64,000 bases of DNA from Eledone cirrhosa (Eukaryota): assembly GCA_964016885.1 (NCBI GenBank), contig OZ024762.1, forward strand, positions 21,080,001 through 21,144,000. Reading direction: 5' to 3'. Within the stretch, counting starts at the first letter, position 1, and each line of letters begins with the position of its first letter. Shown here piece after piece: positions 25,665 to 40,200 of this stretch. A program made the position numbers and the translations under genes. The notes under the pieces are model-generated. The model did no database searches. It was not told where the DNA came from and was given only the letters and a program-made list of their open reading frames with translations.

Positions 25665-26550
25665 GTACGTCAACTTAAACTATTCTTCTTCTCCTTTGCC
25701 CACTTATTCCTGAGAGGGTCGTTGGGGCAGAGTGCTCAAGCATTACCTTCTAGCAGGTCCTATCAGAAGCAACCATCTCCAGTTGATCCAGCTGGATCCC
25801 CAATTGAGAACAGCTGAGCTTGTGAATGTTACCCAACCATATTACTCAGGGTTTTACCCACGTGGGTCTCATGCCAGTTGGTTTTGCCCATAAAATCTGC
25901 CCAGCAATTATTTCCTGAGGCATTCTGACCACATGCCCACCATAATATCAGAGTTGTGGCCTCTCAATTCGGAGAAGTAGTGGTTCTACCTGATATCCAA
26001 ACAATACACTCTATCAAGTATCATTACTCCAAAGATTAATTGAAACATAGAGGCAGTGTCTTTCATTAGTAATAAGCTAACGAAAGGGTCAATGACATAG
26101 ACAGTGTATTTCATTATAAATATGGTAATGGAAGGATTAACCCTTTAGCATTTACATTACTCTATATTTACTATGTCATTTTCATGGTAAAAGCTTTATC
26201 TCACCTTATTATCTCCCATAATATTAAATCTATGAGAGTATTTTAAAAGCAATACACTGCCTATGTCTTTTAAACAAAATTTTAGAGAGGTTTAATAAAA
26301 TAACTAACATTTTTACATTATTAAACTGGCATTTGGAACATAACAAAACATTTTTACATAAAATTATGACGTTTTGATACAATTACAACCATTTTAAAAT
26401 GTACAGCTTTATTATTTTTTAATCATTGAACTGAGGGTTGTTTTAGACAGGTTAGTTTCAAGGGGTTAAAGTATCTATTTCTTGTTGTTGGTTGTTAGAA
26501 ATAGATATTAAAGAGTTACTTCCTTCATATTTTGTCTTTTTTTCTTTCAG

Positions 26551-26675
26551 ACAAAACCTTAATGAAATGCTTGGTGATCTTTTCCTGCCATGTGAAACTC
26601 CAGAGGCCCCTAAACAAGGTTTTTTCAAAAACTTGTTTGGTGGTGGCAGTGTTACTGTTGACAGAGAAGAACTGT
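26551..26675 (+). CDS. STXBP5: Tomosyn exon: QNLNEMLGDLFLPCETPEAPKQGFFKNLFGGGSVTVDREEL
   Basis: ctttcag/gtaagt, phase 2-1; hallmark EMLG.LF.P.ETPEAP..GFFK.LFGGG...DREELF. Confidence 0.97.
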
Positions 26676-26762
26676 GTAAGTTGTTTATTAAACTCATTAA
26701 AATAAAAAAAAAACTATTATTGTGTGATCCCTGGTTAATATATCCATGACAACTGCCACTTC

Positions 26763-27050
26763 ATGAGGCACATTATAGAGTGGTTCAGAAATAGGCTTAG
26801 CTTTGGCAGGACACTGGTCAATTTAGATCAGTCCAAAGCTTTTGACAGGGTTGACCATTGCTATCTGGAGGATGTCCTAAGAGCAGCAGGTTTTAGACCT
26901 GTTTCTAGAAGCTGCATCATTACACTCTACAGCGGCATCTGTTTGGTGGTCAAACTAAGTAGCTACATATGGGAACCTTTCCTCATTAAATCCATCAAGG
27001 ATGTCCCCCCCTCCCCTCTTCTCTGTATGTTGGCTTTCAAGCTTTTCTTC
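26763..27050 (+). mobile_element. Decayed L1/Tx1-type reverse transcriptase fragment
   Basis: LVNLDQSKAFDRVDH.YL..VL...GF and later PPSPLL: remnants of RT domains 3-4. Confidence 0.75.
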
Positions 27051-27755
27051 TGAAGAATAGAAAACTTATGATAAATTCTGTTTGAATTGGGTTGTAGGGG
27101 AGCGAGATTTGTATGAGAAAATGTAGTGAGTTTAGATCTCAAGATCTTGGGCCTCACAGATAAGATGAGATGGGATTTAGTGAATCAGCAATCATCACTG
27201 TTTAACATCTCTTGTCCATGCTTGCATGAGTTAAACAGGCTCTCGCGTTATGCGGCCAGACAGGTCAGGTGACTACATCTTGCTCATATGCTCCACTTTT
27301 TGGCTTGGTTTACTACAGCTGGATTCCCTTTCTAATTCCAACCACTTTACAAGGTGGACTGGGTGTATTTTATTGTGGAGAGGGGAGACTGGTATGCCTG
27401 GTTGACTGCTGGTCTTCCACAAACAACCTTTCCTGGACTTGTGCCTCAGAGAGGAACTTTCTAGATCCGAATCCCAATGTCATTCATGACTGAAGGGGGG
27501 TGTCTTTACTCTTATAATAATGAAAATTATTGTGTATAGTGCTCAGGTGCACTACAACTCATCAAAGGTGCATGTATAGTACATAGAATAATGTACAAAT
27601 GTCAGAAAAGTGAACAGTGTATGTCATGCTGAATCTCCCTGAGAATTACATTGAGGGTAAATGTGTTTGTAGAATACTGAACGGGCTTATTGCGGTGTGT
27701 TGTAAAATATGCTGTTGAATTGTTTCTTTCTTTTTTTACTCTTCTGAACCTTTAG

Positions 27756-27877
27756 TTGGTGAGACAAGTGGAAAAGCTGCAAAAGGTATGGCCAAGTTTA
27801 TTGCTGGCTCTGGCGGTGTGCATCATCTTACGACCCAGTCTACCTCAGTTGGGGGCGAAGTAGCCCGAACTAAACAG
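27756..27877 (+). CDS. STXBP5: Tomosyn exon: FGETSGKAAKGMAKFIAGSGGVHHLTTQSTSVGGEVARTKQ
   Basis: ctttag/gtaact, phase 1-0; FGE.SGKA motif and start of the SNARE helix (GE.AR). Confidence 0.95.
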
Positions 27878-29561
27878 GTAACTTTTCACTTTATCTTCTT
27901 TTCTTTCATATTTGCTCATCTATTGACAGTTCTTCTAATAAAGTAGTTAATATGAAGCATTGTGGGATATGAAATAAATGACCAATAAGTTTCAAAAAGC
28001 TCGGACAATACGGTCGAAATATATAAAGGGCAAAGGGTGACAAATAATACAAACCAAAGTAATGTTTTACCCAGTTACTAATTAGTTATTAGGGTAGGCA
28101 TTCTGGATCTTTAAGTTCTGAGTTCAAATCCTGCCAAAGTCAGCTTTGCCTTTCATCCTTCTGAGGTCAATAAAATAAAGCACCAGTAAAAGTTTAGGGG
28201 TAGTGTTGATCGACTTTCACACACAATTATTGACCTTGTCTAAATCAGAAACTATTATTAGGGTAAGCATTCTGGCTCGTCATGTGTTGACTTCAAATAC
28301 AGTTGGCAGTAAATACTAGAAATAAATGCCTTATAGTTAATTAGTTGTGGACCTTTATGGTACAAATCCTGCCAATATTAACTTTGCCTTTCAGTCAGTT
28401 AACCCTTTTCTTACCATATTTCTAATGAAAGGTGAAGCACATGATTTTTTAAAATGATTGTTAATGTAATCAAGAATTTAGAGAGATTTATTCATATAAC
28501 TAACTATCTCATCATTAAGTTCGTGTTTGGAACATAACTTAAGAAAGGTTAATGCATAAGATTATAATTGTTTCTACTCTTGGCACAAGGCCAGCAATTA
28601 CCCCGGTGCATTACTGGTACTTTATTTTATCGACCCCATAAGGATGAAAGGCAAAGTTAACCTCGGTGGGATTTGAACTCAGAATGGCAAGGGCCGTAAC
28701 TCTATGCGTCAAAGCATGGCGTCCGACCCTCTACTGATACTGCCAATCCACCGGCCTTTGCATAAGATTATAATGGAAGTATTTTAGGCAAATAACAGTT
28801 TTGTATTATGGAATCAGAGATGGTTTGGGGCAGTTTGATATCAAAATCACACACCCCACACACTTAAAATAAGCCACATATTTTGAATTGAGGGATTGTA
28901 GGTCCAATAGATAGGTTCCATACTGGTTTTTCACATAGTTTCATAGAAAAATGTACAACTTATATATAAGTATATATATAAAGGACTAGTGTCCGAAATG
29001 TTAAGATTCTTTTACAACTATATCAAGTGTTAAACTTTTAAACTAATATATTTTTTCATTGTACTGCTTCATTTGCTTCGTTATTTCTTTTTACTCAAGT
29101 TGGTGAACCAACAGTAATATTAAAATCCATTAAACTATATATATATAGAGAGAGAGATTTTGAGTTTATGTTGGTTGTATACCAACACCTCAGTATGCAG
29201 GCTGGAGCACTCTACGAAATGCGCAGGTTGGTTTGGTTACTCCGGAGTAATGTAAAATAATTAATCATTTGACTTTTTATTTACCTTTATTTTATATATA
29301 TATATATATATATATTTAATATAGAAATGGCTTCTACAGGACTAGAACCATTTCTCCAGGGCTAGAAGTCATTTATATATTAAATATTTATACTCTGCTA
29401 TGTATTGAGTACCTTACCTACTGTGGTTATCCCCGATTGAACCCAGGATATATATATATACACACACACACGTGTGTGTGAATGTACAAGTTTCCTTTTT
29501 TTTTCTCTATCCTCCAAAGCATCAAACTAATAAAAAGACTGTGTTTGTCATTTCTTTAAAT

Positions 29562-29606
<45 letters not shown>

Positions 29607-29651
29607 ATTGTGTTGAAAAGGTGGTCAGGTATGTAAACAATCATTGAAAAA

Positions 29652-29700
29652 TTGCTCCGAAGACTCCAAACCTCGGTTTGGAAGAAACAATTGTAAGCGA
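29652..29700 (+). ncRNA. Hammerhead motif with a U4C core change, last tomosyn intron
   Basis: ttgct CCGAAGA ctccaaacc-tc-ggtttggaa GAAA caattgTA agcga; palindromic helix III ACAAUUGU; flanked by (TA)n on both sides. Confidence 0.6.
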
Positions 29701-29800
29701 ATAAATTATTTGAACAGAACTTTGATTCATGTAATTTATATATATATATATATATATATATTGATAACTTAATATCATCTCTGTTTCTCTTTGCTTATAG

Positions 29801-29938
29801 TTGTTCCATGAACGTGGAGAAAAACTAGAGGGCTTAGATGACCGGACTCAGCAGATGACTGCACAAGCTGAGAGCTATTCTCAGGTAGCACATCAATTAA
29901 TGTTGAAATATAAAGATAAAAAATGGTACCAATTTTAG
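29801..29938 (+). CDS. STXBP5: Tomosyn terminal coding exon, R-SNARE domain: LFHERGEKLEGLDDRTQQMTAQAESYSQVAHQLMLKYKDKKWYQF*
   Basis: cttatag acceptor, TAG at 29936-29938; zero-layer Arg in ERG and the conserved KYKDKKWYQF C-terminus without a transmembrane anchor. Confidence 0.97.
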   Translation: MFHERGEKLEGLDDRTQQMTAQAESYSQVAHQLMLKYKDKKWYQF

Positions 29939-30785
29939 CTTCTGGAACTTTTTAACTCGTAGATTGTACACCAGCTGTTATTTCAGCTCTATCTCTCTCT
30001 GATCAGACGTAACATCTAGTTTTAAAACCACAACAACATGACAATTTACCGCTGGTTCGTTACTATGGCAGCAGAGTCTTACATTTTACAGCTTGCAAAG
30101 CTCCTCAGTAAAGTACCAGCCTGTTAAGGAGATTGCCATAGAAAAATTGGCTTTGAGTGATTTCCTCAACTCTCCATACAAATGGGCTAACACTTGTTTA
30201 CAGTTAATGACATTTTTTAAAACTGACACTAGAACCAACTGCTCTAGTACCAATGCCATCAAGGTTTATATCTTCTTCAAGATACAATTTTGCACTCCTT
30301 TAGAATAACTGTGGATAAAAAAAAAAGCAAAATTAAATTTGTGGCATCAATTTGCAATCTGTTTTTTTTTTTATTTTTTTTTTTTTAATTGTGGGAGCGA
30401 ACGCTGACTTGTTGGGAGTTTAGAGGCGATGTTTCTTAGTTCTTAGAACAACCTCGTCTTTCTTTTGACTTTTAAAGCAGAAATTTGTTATTATTTTTTT
30501 TTTTTGTCAAATTAATTAAAACGAATGAAAACAGAAAAAAATACAAAAAAAAAACAAAAAAAAAGATGAAATTAAAATACCTCTTAAAAAGATTTTTAAA
30601 GATTTATTAAACAGGAATGACTGACTAACTGCCTGGATGTCTGAGTGGCTGAAGAAATGGAATGGTCTTTGCGAGAAGATAAATTTCTAAAAAATGGATT
30701 TTTTTAATATTTACAAACTTATGAAATATCTGTGTTTACGTTTGTGTATGTATAGGTATGCATGTATGTGTATGTGGATCAAATA

Positions 30786-30823
<38 letters not shown>

Positions 30824-31253
30824 GAGTGTTTATGTATGTTGTGTATGTGTTAATGTGTGTGTATACATATAGACACACACTCATGCGCATACTCACATGT
30901 GTACACACATGAATATATATATATATACACACACACATACACACACATTAACATAAATAACACACACACACACACATATATATATGCACATACACACACA
31001 AACACATGTATTCACAGAGGATGTTAGACATTATGGAAAGCTCCTACATTTAAAACTGAACTTTAATTGCAGTAAGAAATCCTTGAGAAAAAAAAATGTT
31101 CTGAAAGTTCTAGAAAGAGGTTTTCTCTGTAAACCTCTGAAGGAGACTGAGAGAAAAGCTACAAAAAAAAACAACAAAAAAATTTGTTATGAAGAAATGC
31201 TAACATGGGATCTTCAAGGATTCTTCAATATAAATTGGCCGTTGGATTTATGG

Positions 31254-31291
<38 letters not shown>

Positions 31292-31719
31292 TTTCTTGCA
31301 GTTTCAAACAAACCACTTGAAAAAAAGACAAAAAAAAGAAAAATGGCTTAATATAGAGATTGTTGAAATAATTCATTTTTGTATTTTTTGTTTTTTTTTT
31401 ACATTTTTTTCATTTTTCCCCCCCTCTTTCCCCTTTTCCTCTCTTTCCCCACTTCCCCCTCACCTTCCCTGTAACCAAACTTTCAACAATGCTGATGTTC
31501 ATATATGAGAAAAAAATGAAAGTATATGTTTGAAAACTGATACACACACACATACATACACACACACACACACATATATATATGTGTAAACACATACACT
31601 CACATATGTATATATATATATATATATATATTTTCTTTTCTTTTTTCCCTCCATAAACTGTGTTTAACTGGGTTTAACAGTCCTTCTTCCTGTCTATTCA
31701 CTTTCTCTTCCAACCCCAC

Positions 31720-31757
<38 letters not shown>

Positions 31758-32308
31758 GCATATACATTCTCTCCCTTATATATATATGCATATACATGTA
31801 TGTATGTGTGTGTGTATATATGTATATATACACATATGCATATATGTATATATATATGTATATATGTGTATATATATATAAAAATGTATGTGTATGTATG
31901 TATGTATATATATATGCATGTATGTATATATATATGCATATATGTATATATATATATATGTATATGTATATATGTGTATATATATAAAAATGTATGTGTA
32001 TGTATGTATATATATAAAAATGTATGTGTATGTATGTATGTATATATGTATGTGTATATGTGTATGTGTATATATATGTATACACAGATATATAGATACA
32101 TACATATACATATATACACACATATATATGTATATATATATGTATGTATATATATATATGTATGTATATATATGTATATGTATGTATATATATATACATA
32201 TATGTATGTATATATATATAGAGATCTATATATGTATGTATATATATATATATATACATATATGTATGTATATATATATGTGTATCTCTCTATATATATA
32301 TGTGTATC

Positions 32309-32340
<32 letters not shown>

Positions 32341-32411
32341 TATATACACATAGATATATATATATACACATACATATATATATATAAATATATATACACA
32401 TAAATATATAT

Positions 32412-32450
<39 letters not shown>

Positions 32451-32782
32451 TATATCTTCCATCTCTTTCTTTCTCTATATTTTTGACTATTTTCATCAGC
32501 TTTTCCACGTCTCTGCCAGACTCTGTGGCTTGTGGACAACAACACATTGAAATAACACTAAAATAGAGGAAACAAAGAAAAAAAAAAAGTGACAAAATAA
32601 AAGTTGTACAGGTCCATGGTACAGGTGGTGGTGGTGGTGGCGGTGGTGGTGGTGATGGTGGTGGTTGTTGTTGCTGTGGTGGTGGTGGTGGTGGTGGTGA
32701 TGGCGGTCTTGTATTTTGCAAATTCGTCCCTCACTTGCTCCCTTATTCCTTTTACTTCTTCTTCTCATTGTTGTTGTTATTA

Positions 32783-32825
<43 letters not shown>

Positions 32826-33439
32826 CATTGGATTGGCAGTAGTTCAAATCCTGCCAAGGGTAACTTTGCCTTTCATCCTTACGGGGTCGATAAAACAAAG
32901 CACCAGTAATGTTGCACTGGGGTCGATTTAGTCGACTTTCCCTCCCTCCCTCTCCCAAAATTGTTGGCCTTGTGCCTATAGTAGAAATTATTTTTATTGT
33001 TATTATTATTATTATTATTATTATTGTTTTTGTTTTTGTTGTTGTTGCTGTTGTTGTTGTTGTTGTTGTTATTATTATTGTTGTTACTATTATGTATGGC
33101 CTGCACTGGGAATATGATAATTGCTGGATCTTCTTCCAATGCCTGTTGGATTGCAACCTTGGAAGGTCAGTATTTTCCTGAGTGTGTGGTCTGTGTATTA
33201 TTCAAAGCAAGTTTCAAAACAAAACAGAAATTGGTGGGAGTAGATTTGCCCCCAGAGTACTTCACCAAATTCCAACTGTGTTTGAACTTGAAAAACTAAA
33301 TTGATGATTTTTATATTGGTTTTGTTGTAAATAGGAAAGGAAACCACAAAATATACTATTGTGTGTGTGTGTCTCTCTCTCTATCTATCTATCTCTCTCT
33401 CTCTCTCTCTCTCTGTACATGTATGTGTGTGTGTACATG

Positions 33440-33483
<44 letters not shown>

Positions 33484-33581
33484 TGTGTGTGTGTGTGTGT
33501 ACATGTATGTATGTGTGTATATATGTAAATGTACATGTATGTGTATATATATATGTATGTATATATATGTACATGTACATA

Positions 33582-33626
<45 letters not shown>

Positions 33627-33798
33627 ATATATATGTATATGTACATATGTGTATATATATATATATGTATATGTATGTGTGTATATATATGTATATGTAT
33701 GTGTGTATATATATGTATATGTATGTGTGTATATATATATATATGTACATATGTGTATATATATATGTATATGTACATATGTGATGTATATGTACATA

Positions 33799-33843
<45 letters not shown>

Positions 33844-34081
33844 ATATATATGTATATGTACATATGTGTATATATATATATATGTATATGTATGTGTGTA
33901 TATATATGTATATGTATGTGTGTATATATATGTATATGTATGTGTGTATATATATATATATGTACATATGTGTATATATATATGTATATGTACATATGTG
34001 ATATATATATATATGTACATATGTGTATATATATATATATATATATATGTACATATGTGTATATGTATATATATATGTATA

Positions 34082-34148
<67 letters not shown>

Positions 34149-34150
34149 AG
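31720..34150. repeat. Cluster of (TA)n/(TG)n, (GGT)n, (TTA)n and (TTG)n microsatellites
   Basis: Direct reading; main tracts 31720-32455 and 33360-34150. Confidence 0.9.
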
Positions 34151-35055
34151 TATAGTTTGATAAAAACAATATCCAAAGTTTGGAGAGCACTCAAGCTGTG
34201 GAAAGAGTTGTGGTGTATGGATATTTATTACACTAATGGTGTCACATCACTTCGGTACAACTGATTCTCTGGCTCTCTCAGAGTTTCACTGAAGCAGGCC
34301 CCAAGTCTTCAGCATATATCGAATCCATTACAATAAGGAACGTAATAGCTATCTACCAATATGTTACTAAATAAGATCTTTAAGACCATTACTCAACTCA
34401 GTAATCTATACTTAAGGAAAGTAGAATGTATGTAGGTATCATTTGGCAGTATCGTTAGAGGGCCGGATGCCATGCTTTGACGCATAGAGTTACGGCCCTT
34501 GCCATTCTGAGTTCAAATCCCGTCGAGGTTAACTTTGCCTTTCATCCTAACGGGGGTCAATAAAATAAAGTACCGGTAATACACTGGGGTAATTGTTGGC
34601 CTTGTGCCTATTGTAGAAACAATTATAGCATAGAATTTCTGACAGGCAAGCTTTAATCATTCCTATGGCAAGACGGTTTAAGCTTGACCATAGGGCATAA
34701 GGAAATTTTCGTAAATGTGTACATATGGATATTTGCATGCGTATAGGTAGGTATGTAGGTATGTATGTATGTGTGTAAATATGGATATTTGCATGTGTAT
34801 AGGTATGTATGTATGTATGTATGTATGTGTGTATGTGTATGTAGATATGTATAGCTATGATAGGATAGGAGAGGATGTCCAATGGTTTAAGCTTGACCGT
34901 TGGGCATCTTAACCTATATGTACACACTGTTTTCTAGAAAAGTAGAGTACTAAGTTAAATAATGGTCTTACTAGTTGTAACTATCTCATTCATAGACACA
35001 CACACACACACGTGTGTATTTATTTATTTATATATATGTATGTGTATGTGTGTAT

Positions 35056-35086
<31 letters not shown>

Positions 35087-35142
35087 GATATCTGTGTGTG
35101 TGTATCTACATATATATGTATGTGTATATGTGTATATATATA

Positions 35143-35175
<33 letters not shown>

Positions 35176-35399
35176 GTGTGTATATATATATATACACACG
35201 TGTGTGTGTGTATTTGTATGTATGAAGAATTATTATATCAATGTTTTCATTTATTAGAATGATGTCCTGTGAATTATATATAATATTATTTATTTCACAA
35301 AGACTACCCACGACTGCCCATCCTACATTTTCTCAGACAAAGCCTACACCCACTATATATACATATACACACATATATATATACACATATATGTATATA

Positions 35400-35537
35400 C
35401 AGAGTGGACCAAAAGTTGCAATACATAGGAAAAATTATTACATTTTTAAGTTTCCACGTAGACCATGTTATAAGAATAAATTCTATCTTATAAAAACTAT
35501 TATTTTTCCTATGTATCGCAATTTTTCGTCCACCTTT
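35400..35537. mobile_element. Tc1/mariner-type MITE
   Basis: ~38-bp imperfect TIRs cagagtggaccaaaagttgcaatacataggaaaaat / atttttcctatgtatcgcaatttttcgtccaccttt, flanked by TA. Confidence 0.75.
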
Positions 35538-35635
35538 TATATATGCATTTGTATGTATGTGTATATGCATACACACACACACACACACATATATATAGAT
35601 ACACATGTATGTATATATATAATGATATTAAATAA

Positions 35636-36004
35636 ATGTTTATAAAACCATATTTATTCTATTATATATATTTCAAGGGTACCAAAAACTTTGGTACGCT
35701 TTCATCAGATAAAATACAAAGTGTGTTTTATAAATGTTGACATAGCCAAGGAAACATACTTTGTCACTTGAATTTCCTGACTATGTCAAAATTTATAAAA
35801 CACGCTTTGGTACGCTTTCATCAGATAAAATACAGTGTGTTTTATAAATTTTGACATAGCCAGGAAATTCAACTGATAAGGTATGTTTCCTTGGCTATGT
35901 CAAAATTTATAAAACACACTTTGTATTTTATCTGATGAAAGTGTACCAAAGTTTTTGGTACCCTTGAAATATATATAATAGAATAAATATGATTTTATAA
36001 ATAT
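35636..36004. repeat. Long inverted repeat (~165-bp arms with nested hairpins) carrying hammerheads at 35655-35716 (-) and 35924-35985 (+)
   Basis: The arms are reverse complements; the + copy reads tattttat CTGATGA aagtgtaccaaa-gtt-tttggtaccctt GAAA tatataTA atagaata; same family as 5132-5196. Confidence 0.85.
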
Positions 36005-36143
36005 AGTTTCCATTTATTCAATATCATTGAATATTTACTCCAGAAGTCTGTCGACTTCTCTGAATCAGTTATAAACATATATATTTGTTGAATTTCCAAC
36101 AAATTAAATATCCCTTCTACTTATCTATATATATATATATATA

Positions 36144-36521
36144 TATATTAATAAAAGGAATTCCAACTTTGTCTGATTTACTCGTTTTATTTACAATCCT
36201 TTAAAATTTATAATGGTTTTAGAATGAAATAGTATGGTAGAATATTAAATGTTAAGTGTTAATTGAACAAATACTTTCATGCTTTCACAATCTTCAGGTT
36301 CATATTCTGTGGTGACAGTCAAGTTTGCAATTTTCAACAGTTGAAAATTGCAAACTTGACTGTCACCACACAATATGAACCTGAGGATTGCGAAAGCATG
36401 AAAGTACTTGTTCAACTAACACTTAATATTTAATATTCTACCATACTATTTCATTCTAAAACCATTATAAATTTTAAAGGATTGTAAATCAGACAAAGTT
36501 GGAATTCCTTTTATTAATATA
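36144..36521. repeat. Near-perfect ~380-bp palindrome centred at 36339 with hammerheads at 36264-36302 (-) and 36376-36414 (+)
   Basis: Centre ttttcaac-a-gttgaaaa; the + arm reads tgaac CTGAGGA ttgc-gaaa-gcat GAAA gtacTT gttca (helix III AGUACU is palindromic). Confidence 0.85.
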
Positions 36522-36726
36522 ATATTCTATACACAATCATACACACTGGTGTATAAATATATATATGTATGTATGTATTCTGTGTTATATAATGTTGTCT
36601 TCAGCTACATAATCAGTGGGTCACTGCGAAACTCAGAGTAGCAGCAACAAGTAATCCCTATAAAACAATACCAATTATACTTTTACATTCCTCTTTGTTA
36701 TTGACCACTTTATCCTCATGTTTACA

Positions 36727-37480
<754 letters not shown>

Positions 37481-37788
37481 AATTGAAAATTCAGTTCCTT
37501 GGTCTTAATGAATTTTGAATTATAAATGTTCTGCTATTATAACTATTCGCTCTTGAAGAATGAAGGATGAAAGAGGGCATTGAGCTTAACTTACCTTACC
37601 ACCAATGGAAATAGTGAGCTAGCTCATTATAACCTCATCATCATCATCATCGTTTAATGTCCATCTTCCATGCTAGCATGGGTTGGACGGGTTTGTCCCA
37701 CTTGACCCGTCCAATCCCTGCTAACGTGGAAGATGGACGTTAAATGATGATGATGACGTTATATATATTTATATATATATATATCTAT

Positions 37789-38115
37789 CTAAGGCGGGTA
37801 AAATTCCCGAGATCCATGGACGAGTTCTCTCCAGCGGTCTCTGTCCCTCATTATCGCTGCCATGTCCTGCGTCTCCAACAGACCAGTGTCTGTCCTTAGG
37901 GCATCAACATATGTTAACCTTGGTCTTCCTCTTCTAGTGTGTCCGTGTAGGGGCTCCCAAAGGAGCACTGAGTGCACTGTCAACTCTGGATGTCGGTGAG
38001 CATGTCCAGCTAACCTCAGTCTCCTCTGTGTCACTTTTGAGCTGACTTTTGGGATGCTCCCATACAGCTCTGAGTTTTTCATCCTCAGTGTATACTGATT
38101 AATGTTCAGAGCCAT
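37789..38115 (-). mobile_element. RTE-like LINE ORF2 C-terminal fragment
   Basis: RRLRLAGHAHRHPE...LLWEP.HG..RRGRPRLTYVD.L..DTGL.......MRDRDRWR. Confidence 0.8.
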
Positions 38116-39144
38116 CCTTATATACACATATATATACACAGAGACACACACACAGCTGTTTGTACAAAAGAAAGAAAAGACCAAACACGATATAATCAGT
38201 ATACATATTAACTGTTTGATGTAACTCTGCACTACTAAACTCATCTGATGATTTAGACGTGTTTTCACCTTGAGACCAATGGCAGTGCACAGTAGTCAAA
38301 CTGTTAATAAACACATACATAATATACACACATGCATGCATTTAATTTGGCAGTATGGATTGGCACTATTGGTAGAGGGTCGGACGCCATGCTTTCCAGC
38401 ATAGTTACGTCCCTTTATGATCTGAGTTCAAATCCTGCCGAGGTTGACTTTGCCTTTCATCCTTACGGGGTCGATAAAATAAAGTACCAGTAATGCACTG
38501 GGTAATTGCTGGCCTTGTGCCTAAAGTAGAAACAATTAAAAATGGAATAACATCTCTGAGAATTTTACCCATGCTGCTGCTGCCACTACTTCTGCTGCTG
38601 CTACTACTACTACTGTGTGACCTCATGTGACCAAACATTTGCTCTATCCCTGAGGAATATTTTGCAAACAAACACTTTTTTTAAAAAATATTTACTCTAT
38701 ATATTTGCTCAACCATTTCTTCACATACAACCTTATACACACACACCTCACATACAACGTTATACACACACACACCTCACATACAACGTTATACACACAC
38801 CTCACATATAACCTTATACACACACACACACCTCACATACCTTACACACACACCTCACATACAACCTTGCACAAACACACTCACATACAACCTTATACAC
38901 ACCTCACATACAACCTTATACACACCTCACATACAACCTTGCACACACACCTCACATACAGCCTTGCACACACCACACACACACACAAACTGACACACAC
39001 ACACACTTTACATACCTTACACATTTTACACACACACACCTTACACACACACACCTCACACACACATATACATTTCGAATTCTTGTAACATTCTACCTAA
39101 ATCACATTTTTAACTATTTTTCACCTAAGCTCACCTTCCCTTAC

Positions 39145-39176
<32 letters not shown>

Positions 39177-39909
39177 AACCCTCTCACTCTCTCATGTGCA
39201 TGCATGCACCAACTTACATATATTGGAAACACATACACATGTATGCCCACATACACATACACACACACATGGACTTTTGCCCTTTTTAACTGTCCTTCCC
39301 CTCGGCTTCTCTTCTCTACTTTTTCAATATTCTCTCTATTTTTCTCTCCCTATTTCTGTTCCCTACCTTTATTATACTTACACATATTTCCTAGATATTT
39401 GATGTGTACTCATATGGTAACTAGGAGACACACACACACACACACCACACCACACACACACACATATGTGCTTGTGTACTCATGTGATAAATGTACAAAC
39501 ATACACATGTACATACACACATGCATATTAGATATATTGATGTGTGCTCATGTGATAACTTGGTTATATACTACATATACATGCTACATATATTGAGGTG
39601 TCCTTGTGTGATATCTGGGATATACACACACTCACATACATACTACATATTTTGATAGTTTGAGTGATAACATGGTTATCAAACCTAACATTTTAGAATT
39701 TCTTTAAGCTCTAAATATCCTGTACCATATGAAAATACATTTGCAAAACATTCTTAAAAGGTACAGAACAAGATTATGGTTGCATCACATTAAAAAACTA
39801 AATTTCTTAAGTTTATTGTAAATGTTCACAATCTGTCTATTAATAAAGATACATACATATACAACAATCTGTCTATTAATAAAGGCACATACATACATAC
39901 ATAAATAAA

Positions 39910-40200
39910 TAGTTAGCTGCCCAGCGGATGCCAATATAATATCAAAGATTAGCAAAAAGGAGAATATCTATGCAGAACTAATGAGAAATCTGCAGAAACT
40001 CGACTCTGACTATAGACTATACCTTCAGATTTATACCTGTGATTATTGGGGCACTGGGATATGTTAGTAACTGCCTCAGTACAAATCTTACGAAGCCTGG
40101 CTTCACAGCAACAGAAAGAACACGACTAGTTAGGAATTACAATTACAATCCATTAATGGAACAGTAAAAATATGTAAAACATTCCAAAAATTCTGCATCT
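39910..40200 (+). mobile_element. R4/Dong-like (RLE-type) LINE 3' fragment
   Basis: VSCPADANIISKISKKENIYAELMRNLQKL and FIPVIIGALG; lies among (TACA)n repeats. Confidence 0.65.

Noticed and set aside
36593-36646. Additional hammerhead (helix I tgttgt/gcagca, GAAA-ctcagag-TA)
   Set aside because: The CUGANGA core is missing (cttcagc); counted only as a relic.
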